NCBI GenBank assembly: GCA_035762305.1
Contig: DASTPH010000096.1
Span: 984-64,983 of the forward strand
Length of the DNA: 64,000 nt
Origin: Anaeromyxobacteraceae bacterium
GTDB taxonomy: Bacteria > Myxococcota > Myxococcia > Myxococcales > Anaeromyxobacteraceae
Direction: 5' to 3'
Shown piece by piece: positions 38,099 to 45,388 of the stretch; positions within the stretch are counted from its first letter, which is position 1, and each line of letters opens with the position of its first letter. The notes under the pieces are model-generated. The model was not told the origin of the DNA and ran no database searches. It saw nothing but the letters and a program-made list of their open reading frames with translations. The position numbers and the translations under genes are program-made.

Positions 38099-40315
38099 TC
38101 AGTCGAGCAGGATGAGGCCGTAGCCGAGCCACAGCGAGACGCCGATGTGGGCGGCGATGGCCAGGACCAGGAAGACGGCCAGCGAGGCGTGGAAGATGCG
38201 CCAGCCGCGCATGAGCGACTTCAGCGAGCGCGAGAGCGCGATCTGCAGCCGGAGCTGCTCCAGCCGGTGCATGTCGGCGGCGAACTCGGCGAAGGCGGCC
38301 CGGCTGGGGAAGGCCCGGGCGGCGCGGCGCAGGGCGCGCCAGGAGGCGAGCGACTGCAGCGGCAGGTGCACCAGCGAGCCCACCATCGAGCGCGGCGGCA
38401 ACGGCGCCGTCACCGCCTCGAAGAGGCGGCGCAGCGGGGCCGGGTCCGTGGCCTGGGCCAGGAGCGGCTCGACCTCGGCGCGGGCTCGCACGAAGGACCC
38501 CTGCAGGTCCTCCACCTCCAGGGCCTTGCCGCCCGAGGACGGGATCAGCCCGTAGATGAAGCGCCCCACCACGCCGGTCGCCACCACCACCCCGAGGGCG
38601 GAAGCGGTGGCGGTGGCGAGCAGGTTCTTCGACTGGAAGGCGGCGTGGAAGGCGATGACCAGCGGGCTCATGAAGCCCACGAAGACGTGGAAGAGCAGCC
38701 ACAGCCGGATGTCCCCCAGGCCGGAGAGGAGCGGCACCCGCTTGCGCGCCGCGTAGAGGAAGTTCGAGAGCATGAAGGCGGTGGCGGCGATGCCCACCCC
38801 GTGCCCGAAGGGGCCGGCCGACTTCAGCGAGGCGTGCAGGGAGAGGCGCAGCCGCTCCCGCCACGGGGTCAGGTAGTAATCCCAGCCGCGCCAGGCCAGG
38901 AACGCCAGCAGCGCCGCCCCCAGCGCCGCGTAGAGGACCGACAGGCGCCGCTCGCGCGCCCGCTGGGCTCGCTCCCGCGCCTCGGCGTGGCCAGCGCTGG
39001 AACGCGCCCCGCGGGCCTCGCCGAAGTAGCGCCGCATGGAGACGCCGGCCTTCTGGAGCAGCTCGGCCGGGGCCTCGCCGCCCACGCTCACCAGCACGAA
39101 GTCGTTGTCGAGGCGGAGCGGCCGGCCGGCCATCTCCAGATCCACCTCGTGGGCTTCGATGCCGCGCACCTGGGAGCTGGGGAGCAGCCGCAGCCTCCCG
39201 GCCTGGCCCAGGGCGGCGGCGCGCTGACGGTTCGGGGCCCGGCAGGAGGGGTCGGGCTTGCGGTAGGAGAGGACCACCTGGGCGTCGGTCTCCTCGGCGA
39301 GCTGGCAGGCGGCCTCCACCCCCGAGTCGCCGCCGCCCACCACCAGCACCCGGGTGCCCCGGTACTGCTGCGGCTCGTCGAGGTCGTAGACCACCTTGGC
39401 CCGGTCCTCGCCCGGAACCCCCAGCTTGCGGGGAGTGCCGCGCCGCCCCACCGCCAGCACCACCTGCCTCGCCGGCACCGGCCCTTGCGCGGTGAGGACC
39501 GTGAAGTCGCCCTCCTGCCCCTCGACGCCCGTGACCCGCATCCCCTGCTCCACCGCCAGGCCCGCCTTGTCCACCATGCGCCGGAAGGCGGCGGTGAGCT
39601 CCTCCTTGGAGATGCGCCGCTTCCCGAAGCGCCCGTAGAAGGGAAGCGTCACCGTCTCGGTCATCACCACCTTGCCGCGGGGGTAGTGGGCCACCGCGCC
39701 GCCGAGGACGTCCTGCTCCAGCAGGCGGAAGCCGATGCCGCGGGCCCGCGCCCCCAGGGCCGTGGCCAGCCCGGCCGGGCCGGCGCCCACGATGGCCACC
39801 TCGGCCTGTCCCGGCCGGACCGGCCCGCGGCGCTCCGCCAGGTGCTCCGCCACCTCCAGCCCCTGGCGGAGGGCGTTCTTGATGAGCCCCATGCCGCCCA
39901 ACTCGCCCACCACGAAGACGCCGGGCCGAGACGACTCGAAGACCTCGGAGAGCTCGGGCAGCTCCAGGCCGCGCCGGGCGGTACCGAACACCAGCTGGAT
40001 GGCGCCCACCGGGCACTCGGCGGCGCAGCGCCCGTGGCCGATGCAGTTCTCGCCGTGCACCAGGGTGGCGGTCCCGTGGACCATCCCCAGGATGTCGCCC
40101 TCCGGGCAGACCTTCACGCAGGAGAGGCTACCGATGCAGACGTCCGGGTCGATGACCGGGTGGAGCGAGCGGGGGAGGTTCCGCTCCTCCCCGGCCCGCC
40201 CGAGGGCCTCGGAGGCGGCGGCGGCGCGGCGCGCCCGGTGCAGGGCGTAGATCCCCGCCATGACGACCGCGGCGCCGACCGCCACCGCCGGGAACACGAT
40301 CTGCGAGAGATCCAC
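38099..40315 (-). CDS. Membrane-anchored fusion protein with FeS, flavin and putative haem-b domains
   Basis: Domain order: N-terminal TM helix, two ferredoxin-like motifs, FAD/NAD(P)-dependent oxidoreductase, C-terminal multi-TM domain with twin H-x13-H helices. N-terminal TM followed by HRARR. CIGSLSCVKVCP and CIGHGRCAAECP. Two dinucleotide folds VAIVGAGPAGLA and VLVVGGGDSGVE. C-terminal TM helices LLFHVFVGFMSPLVIAFHAAF and IFHASLAVFLVLAIAAHIG. Confidence 0.8.
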   Translation of the reverse strand: MDLSQIVFPAVAVGAAVVMAGIYALHRARRAAAASEALGRAGEERNLPRSLHPVIDPDVCIGSLSCVKVCPEGDILGMVHGTATLVHGENCIGHGRCAAECPVGAIQLVFGTARRGLELPELSEVFESSRPGVFVVGELGGMGLIKNALRQGLEVAEHLAERRGPVRPGQAEVAIVGAGPAGLATALGARARGIGFRLLEQDVLGGAVAHYPRGKVVMTETVTLPFYGRFGKRRISKEELTAAFRRMVDKAGLAVEQGMRVTGVEGQEGDFTVLTAQGPVPARQVVLAVGRRGTPRKLGVPGEDRAKVVYDLDEPQQYRGTRVLVVGGGDSGVEAACQLAEETDAQVVLSYRKPDPSCRAPNRQRAAALGQAGRLRLLPSSQVRGIEAHEVDLEMAGRPLRLDNDFVLVSVGGEAPAELLQKAGVSMRRYFGEARGARSSAGHAEARERAQRARERRLSVLYAALGAALLAFLAWRGWDYYLTPWRERLRLSLHASLKSAGPFGHGVGIAATAFMLSNFLYAARKRVPLLSGLGDIRLWLLFHVFVGFMSPLVIAFHAAFQSKNLLATATASALGVVVATGVVGRFIYGLIPSSGGKALEVEDLQGSFVRARAEVEPLLAQATDPAPLRRLFEAVTAPLPPRSMVGSLVHLPLQSLASWRALRRAARAFPSRAAFAEFAADMHRLEQLRLQIALSRSLKSLMRGWRIFHASLAVFLVLAIAAHIGVSLWLGYGLILLD

Positions 40316-40487
40316 CTGTCGACCACCCGAGGTGGGATTGTCCGGCCGCGGGATGTGGTAGGGCTTTGTCCCCGGTCAATCGGTGGGGAGCCCCGTAGGG
40401 GGCGTCACAGCGGCAGCCAGTTCCCGTGATTCCCCGGCGGCACATGCCGCCGCTGTGAGTCGAGGTCCGGGGCCTGCGGCGCCTCGA

Positions 40488-40512
40488 GCGGGGGGAGAGA
40501 CTCTCCCCCCGC
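40488..40512. repeat. 25-bp perfect palindrome downstream of the ABC ATPase gene and upstream of the cytochrome operon
   Basis: gcggggggagag-a-ctctccccccgc, 12 bp per arm around a single central base. Confidence 0.7.
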
Positions 40513-40551
40513 ACCCCCCATCTCGAGCGTCACTCCAAGTGGCAGGCGGAA

Positions 40552-41232
40552 TCAAAGCTCCTGGATCCCGCCGTCCTGCATCCGCATGCGGCGTCCGGCG
40601 CGGCCGGCCAGCTCGGAGTTGTGGGTCACCATGACGAAGGTCGTGCCCCGCTCCCGGTTCATCCTCATGAAGAGCTCCATCACCTCGGCCTCGGTCTGCT
40701 CGTCGAGGTCGCCGGTGGGCTCGTCGGCCAGCACCAGCGACGGCGCGTTCATGAAGGCGCGGGCGATGGCCACGCGCCGCTGCTGGCCGCCGGAGAGCTG
40801 CGACGGGTAGGCGCCGGCCCGGTCGCCGAGCCCGACCAGCCGGAGCAGCTCCACGGCCCGGGTCTCGGCCCCGTTGAGCGGACCGGCCCGGGGGCGGAGC
40901 GTCACCGGCAGGAGCACGTTCTCCCTGGCCGTCAGGACCGGGAGCAGGCTGGCGAACTGGAAGACGAACCCCACGTGATCGCGCCGGAAGGCGGTGAGCC
41001 GATCGCCGTCCAGGGCGTAGAGGTCGGCGCCGTCCACCAGGACCCGGCCCGACGAGGGCCTGGCCATGCCGCCCAGGATCGAGAGCAGCGTGGTCTTGCC
41101 GGAGCCGGAGTGGCCGACGATGGAGACGAAGTCGCCGCGCTCGACGGTGAACGAGACGTCCTTCACCGCCTCGGGGCGGTCCCCGCCGGCCGCGAAGCGC
41201 TTCTCCACTCGCTCCACCACCAGGTGCGGCAC
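40552..41232 (-). CDS. ABC transporter ATP-binding protein (MacB/LolD-type)
   Basis: Walker A GHSGSGKTTLLS, signature LSGGQQRRVAIARA, Walker B LVLADEPTGDLD. Confidence 0.9.
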   Translation of the reverse strand: MPHLVVERVEKRFAAGGDRPEAVKDVSFTVERGDFVSIVGHSGSGKTTLLSILGGMARPSSGRVLVDGADLYALDGDRLTAFRRDHVGFVFQFASLLPVLTARENVLLPVTLRPRAGPLNGAETRAVELLRLVGLGDRAGAYPSQLSGGQQRRVAIARAFMNAPSLVLADEPTGDLDEQTEAEVMELFMRMNRERGTTFVMVTHNSELAGRAGRRMRMQDGGIQEL

Positions 41233-41233
41233 C

Positions 41234-42430
41234 CTACTCCTCCTTCAGCACCATGAACGGCTCGATGCGCCCGGCGCGGCGGATGGGCAGGAGCGCGCCC
41301 AGCACGCACACGCCGGTGCCGACGAGCAGGCCCACCGCCGCGATGGTGGCGCGCTCTCCTCCGCCGAGGTCGGCGGTGACGCTCCGGAGGATGGCGAATC
41401 CCCGCGCCGGCACGAGCGAGAGGGCGGTCCCGAAGAGGACCCCCAGGGCGCTGCCGAGCCCCCCCACCATCACCACCTCGGTGAGGAAGAGCCGGATCAC
41501 GTGGGACTCGGTGGCCCCGATGGCCCGCAGGATCCCCACCTCGCGGGCCCGCTCGTTGGCGACCCCGGAGAAGACCGCCCAGGCCAGGCAGGCGGCCATG
41601 AGCGAGGCCACGGCGATGAAGGCCGCGAAGACCCGGCGGATGTCGCCCAGGGCGCCGAGGACGCTCTTGCCCACGTCCCGCCGCGCCACCGCGTCCACCT
41701 CGACGATGGAGTCGTCGATGCGGCCGGCCACCACCTGGGGATCGACGCCCGGCTCGACCCTGGCGAAGATGACCGAGACCTGGCCCTCGGCGACCCGGGG
41801 CTTGCCCTTGCGGATGAGGTCCTGGACGTTGCTCCGGTCCACGAACACGGCGGTGTCGAGCCCGGTGCCGGTCTTCTCGAGAACCCCCACCATCCTGAAG
41901 ACGTTGCCGAACAGGACCGCGTCCACGTCGGTGAGGCCCAGGCCGATGTTGAGCGCCGACTCGCTCCCCACCAGGGCCTCCCCGTGGCCCAGGTTCCGAT
42001 GGAGCGCCCGGCCGAGCCAGGGCTTCACCACGAAGTCGGTTTCCTGGTCGAACGCGACCACCATGGTGTCTGGCACGTCGCAGCAGGCTCCGCCCAGGGT
42101 GACCAGATAGGTCTGGGCGGTGACCCGCTCGATCCCGGGCACGGCCCGGACCCGTTCGACCAGGCCCCCCTCCATGTAGAAGCCCTTGACCCGGTGGTCG
42201 ATGAGCACGTCCTCGGCCGAGCCCCGGGAGCCGGTGGGCACCACCAGGACGTCGGCGCCGAGCCGGTCGGCGGTCTTGCGGATGCTCGACTCGACCCGGC
42301 GGACGAAGGACAGCCCGAACACCAACGACGAGACCAGGAGGCCGATGGCCGCGACCAGGATGGCGGCCCGCGCCGGACGTCGCGCCAGGTTCTTGAGGGC
42401 GTGCCTGGAGAGGCCGAAGGCCTTGGGCAT
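41234..42430 (-). CDS. ABC transporter permease (FtsX/MacB-type with large periplasmic domain)
   Basis: TM1, about 220-aa periplasmic domain, then 3 TM helices. FtsX-type REVGILRAIGAT. CC pair (GGACCDVPD) in the periplasmic domain. Confidence 0.85.
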   Translation of the reverse strand: MPKAFGLSRHALKNLARRPARAAILVAAIGLLVSSLVFGLSFVRRVESSIRKTADRLGADVLVVPTGSRGSAEDVLIDHRVKGFYMEGGLVERVRAVPGIERVTAQTYLVTLGGACCDVPDTMVVAFDQETDFVVKPWLGRALHRNLGHGEALVGSESALNIGLGLTDVDAVLFGNVFRMVGVLEKTGTGLDTAVFVDRSNVQDLIRKGKPRVAEGQVSVIFARVEPGVDPQVVAGRIDDSIVEVDAVARRDVGKSVLGALGDIRRVFAAFIAVASLMAACLAWAVFSGVANERAREVGILRAIGATESHVIRLFLTEVVMVGGLGSALGVLFGTALSLVPARGFAILRSVTADLGGGERATIAAVGLLVGTGVCVLGALLPIRRAGRIEPFMVLKEE

Positions 42431-42497
42431 GGGGGCGCTCGCGGGGGGCTCGCTCCACCCGGCCGGAGCCGGGCGGAACGAGCCCGCGCCAGGGAAG

Positions 42498-43646
42498 CTA
42501 CTTGCCGAAGTTGGCGGCGAGGCCGCAGAGGATGGCGTTCTTGTCGCCCTTCCCCATGTCCTTGTGGCAGCCGAAGCACACCGAGGCGGTCTTGCCCACC
42601 AGCTTCTTGGCCCCGACGTCGTAGAGCGCCAGGGTGCCGTCGGTGATCTTCTTGTCGGGCGTGGGCTTGCCCTCGGGGTCGCACCCCTGGGTGTCGGCGG
42701 TGCGCAGCGTCAGCAGCGCGTACTTCCCGTCCGGGGTGGGCTGCACGTCGTGGTTCTCGCCCAGGGCCGGCTTGGTCATCTTCTCGTCCACCATCTTCAG
42801 CGTCTTGGCGTCGATGACCCACATCCGGTCGGCTGCCGACTGGAAGATGAGCTTGTCGTCCCGGCTGAAGTACTGCCGGAAGGTGATGGTCTTCCCCGGC
42901 TCACCGGCCAGGGTGTTCTCGGCCAGCTTCTTGAACTTGCCCTTCTCGAGCGCCGGGAGGTCGAGCATGACGAACGCCTGCTTGCCGTTCATGTTGCCGT
43001 CCTCGCCCTTCAGGCTCAGCGCCACGACGAACTTCTTCAGATCATTGGAGTTGGTGCCGTGCAGGAACTGGTAGGAGCCGGGCTTGAAGCCGAGGTCGCT
43101 GATGAACATCCGCCTCTCGTGCTTCATGGTCTTCTTGTCGAAGACGTCGATGTACCCCTCGGTCCCCATGAACACCGGCATGAAGGCGTTCTTGCTCTGG
43201 CCCGAGGCGCAGTAGACCGGGCCGGTCTTGGCGGGGGACCTGGCATCGGGCGTCAGCGCCACGTCCTTCACCACCTCGCCGGTCTTCAAGTTGGTCTTGC
43301 CCACGTGCATCTTGCCCTCCTTGTCGAGGGCGTAGGTGGACCAGAAGAGGGTGTTCGCGTCGGTGGCGTCGAGGCGCGCGTCGTGGGTCTTGTGGCTCTC
43401 GGTGGTGCCGATGGCCACCATCTCGAGGTTGTTGACGGTGACGGGCTGGTCGGCGTTGGACGGGTCGACGGTCACCTGCGCCTTGGAGAAGTGGCCGCCG
43501 TGGCCGGCCACGTAGACGGTGGCGGCGTAGGTGCCCGACTTGGCGGGCGCGGCCGGAGGCGCCTTGGCCGAGGCCACCGGCGCGACGAGGTAGGCGAGAA
43601 GGGCGAGCGCGACTGCTGGGGCGAAAACGGCGAGTGTCTTCTTCAT
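42498..43646 (-). CDS. Secreted Lys-rich protein, probable beta-propeller, with a single C-terminal CXXCH haem-c motif
   Basis: RBS GGGAG 8 nt before ATG 43646. Signal peptide MKKTLAVFAPAVALALLAYLVAPVASA. His clusters AGHGGHF, ESHKTHD, FLHGTN, ENHDV. C-terminal CFGCHKDMGKGD. Confidence 0.7.
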   Translation of the reverse strand: MKKTLAVFAPAVALALLAYLVAPVASAKAPPAAPAKSGTYAATVYVAGHGGHFSKAQVTVDPSNADQPVTVNNLEMVAIGTTESHKTHDARLDATDANTLFWSTYALDKEGKMHVGKTNLKTGEVVKDVALTPDARSPAKTGPVYCASGQSKNAFMPVFMGTEGYIDVFDKKTMKHERRMFISDLGFKPGSYQFLHGTNSNDLKKFVVALSLKGEDGNMNGKQAFVMLDLPALEKGKFKKLAENTLAGEPGKTITFRQYFSRDDKLIFQSAADRMWVIDAKTLKMVDEKMTKPALGENHDVQPTPDGKYALLTLRTADTQGCDPEGKPTPDKKITDGTLALYDVGAKKLVGKTASVCFGCHKDMGKGDKNAILCGLAANFGK

Positions 43647-43765
43647 CACTGAGCTCCCTGAGTGGGGTGTGTGGCGTACTTCACTTTTGGTGAGTGGTGT
43701 GCGGTACCGGCCTTCGTCCCCCTCCCCTGGTCCAGCGCTTCCGCCTCCTTTCCGCGGCTCGTCCG

Positions 43766-44236
43766 CTATCCGGCGATCCTGACCGAGGTGACCTTCTCGC
43801 CCGCCCTCTCGAAGGCCAGGCGGAGGGTGAACTCGTATCCCTGGCCGACCTCCCCGGGGAGGCCGAACACCATCACGTGCAGCCCGCCCGGCCTGAGCTC
43901 CACGGCGCCCCGGGCCGGGATCCGGACCCGCTGCTGCTTCACCATCTTGCCGTCGACCACCCCGTGCAGCTCGGCCACCGCCCCGGGGATGCCCACCGTG
44001 GCGCCGAGCAGGGAGTCGTCGCCGCTCCCCGCGTTCTCGATCCGCATGAAGATCGAGCAGGTCCGGAGCAGGACCGGCGAGAGACGCGCCTCCTGCCCGG
44101 CGATGGCGATGCTCGGCGACCCGGAGCAGGCGGCCGCGCCCAGGGCCAGGAGCGCCAGGCGCCGCGGGGCGGACTTCCAGCCCGCCCGGCCGGATTCCCG
44201 GCGGGCCTGCCTCGACACGCCGGCGCCATCGGTCAT
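43766..44236 (-). CDS. Copper chaperone PCu(A)C (DUF461) lipoprotein
   Basis: Lipobox LALGAAAC. IENAGSGDDSLLGATV...AELHGVV...MVKQQRV..IPARGAVELRPGGLHVMVFGL matches the PCuAC H/M copper-site pattern. An alternative start at ATG 44275 is possible. Confidence 0.8.
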   Translation of the reverse strand: MTDGAGVSRQARRESGRAGWKSAPRRLALLALGAAACSGSPSIAIAGQEARLSPVLLRTCSIFMRIENAGSGDDSLLGATVGIPGAVAELHGVVDGKMVKQQRVRIPARGAVELRPGGLHVMVFGLPGEVGQGYEFTLRLAFERAGEKVTSVRIAG

Positions 44237-44645
44237 CGCGACCACGAACCGCTTTCCCGGGACCCTGGCTCCCACGAGCGGCCCCCGCCGCCGTGTGCCG
44301 GCCCTGCGCCATCGCGTCGACCGCGCGAACGGCTGCGATTCATGCGTTTCAGCTACGCGAAACGCGGTGGGAGCGTCAACGCGAAGAAGCCTGATAGGGC
44401 GAACAACGAAGCTGATATGGGCCGGAAGGAGCGTTTTCGTCCCTCGGGACGCGTACCTCGCCCCGCCGGCTCGCTCGCCTCATCCAGGCGCCGGGGCGCG
44501 GCGCGGAGCCGCGGCGTGCGGCTCGGCCCGGAGTTGGCGCGCTGCACCGCGGCGAGCGGCGCCCGCCTCCACGAGCGGCCTCACCTCACGGCGCCGCCAG
44601 GATCTCGACGGCGCAGGAGCTCTCCACCGGCAGCGAAGGCCCGGG

Positions 44646-44684
44646 CAGAAAGAAGCCCCGCCTCCAGGACGATGGAAGCGGGGC
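44646..44684 (-). terminator. Rho-independent terminator after tRNA-Glu
   Basis: On the minus strand a 12-bp GC-rich stem (one G-U pair) with a 6-nt loop, followed by UUCUUUCU. Confidence 0.7.
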
Positions 44685-44687
44685 AGG

Positions 44688-44762
44688 TGGTGACCCCTAC
44701 GGGACTTGAACCCATGCTTTCGGCGTGAGAGGCCGACGTCCTAACCACTAGACTAAGGGGCC
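44688..44762 (-). tRNA. tRNA-Glu (anticodon CUC)
   Basis: Reverse complement GGCCCCTTAGTCTAGTGGTTAGGACGTCGGCCTCTCACGCCGAAAGCATGGGTTCAAGTCCCGTAGGGGTCACCA folds as a cloverleaf. Anticodon loop is CT-CTC-AC. CCA is encoded. Confidence 0.9.
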
Positions 44763-44819
44763 ACGGACCTCCTGCATCTACCCGCGGGCGTCGCGGCTGT
44801 CAACGCGCGCCCGCGCTTC

Positions 44820-44893
44820 TGGCTGGGGGACTAGGATTCGAACCTAGATAGCCGGATCCAGAGCCCGGCGTCCTGCCGTTAGACGATCCCCCA
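44820..44893 (-). tRNA. tRNA-Gln (anticodon CUG)
   Basis: Reverse complement TGGGGGATCGTCTAACGGCAGGACGCCGGGCTCTGGATCCGGCTATCTAGGTTCGAATCCTAGTCCCCCAGCCA. Anticodon loop is CT-CTG-GA. CCA is encoded. Confidence 0.9.
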
Positions 44894-44921
44894 ATCTCCT
44901 TTCGATCCTGGATGTCTCACT

Positions 44922-45290
44922 CTAGCCCTTCTTCGGCTTCTTCGGATCTCCCGGAGCGACGAGCACGAAGACGCGCGTCTCGCCGTTGATCTCGTAGACG
45001 TTCAACCCGTCCCAGCTTCCCGGCTTGGGGTCCGGGTTCTCGATGTGCACCGCCCGGACGCCGGGCTTGTTGGCGGGGATGGGCTTGCGCGGGAACTTGG
45101 CCGGCGGGTACACCGACCGGAAGAACTTGAGCGTGTCCTCGTAACTCTTGTCGATGCGGTAGCGCCGCTCCGCCACCTGGCGCGACTCGTCCGGGATGAC
45201 GGCCCCCGCCACCTTCTCCGCCAGGCCGAGCGCCGGCCAGGCGAGGAAAAGCCCTGCGAGGGCGGCCTTATAGCGGGCGAGGTGCGTCAC
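44922..45290 (-). CDS. Small secreted hypothetical protein
   Basis: GTG start. Signal-like ARYKAALAGLFLAWPALGLAEK. Lys/Pro-rich C-terminus. Only the last 122 codons of the 526-aa track ORF look protein-like. Confidence 0.5.
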   Translation of the reverse strand: MTHLARYKAALAGLFLAWPALGLAEKVAGAVIPDESRQVAERRYRIDKSYEDTLKFFRSVYPPAKFPRKPIPANKPGVRAVHIENPDPKPGSWDGLNVYEINGETRVFVLVAPGDPKKPKKG

Positions 45291-45388
45291 GGTCAAGGGG
45301 TTCGTACCGGGTGGCCGCTCCCCTGTCAACGGCGCCGCCGGGGGCTCCCTGGCGTGGCGGCCGCGGCCGACGCTCTCGCGGTCGGCCC

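Noticed and set aside
42498-43646. Calling the secreted His-rich protein nitrous-oxide reductase (NosZ)
   Set aside because: It is only 382 aa, has no CuA (cupredoxin) motif that I can see, and the flanking ABC is MacB-type rather than NosDFY. The resemblance is limited to one short motif.
44688-44893. tRNA pair as an integration site for a genomic island or prophage
   Set aside because: There is no integrase, no direct repeat of a tRNA 3' end, and no phage or transposase genes on either side. The neighbouring genes have ordinary composition.
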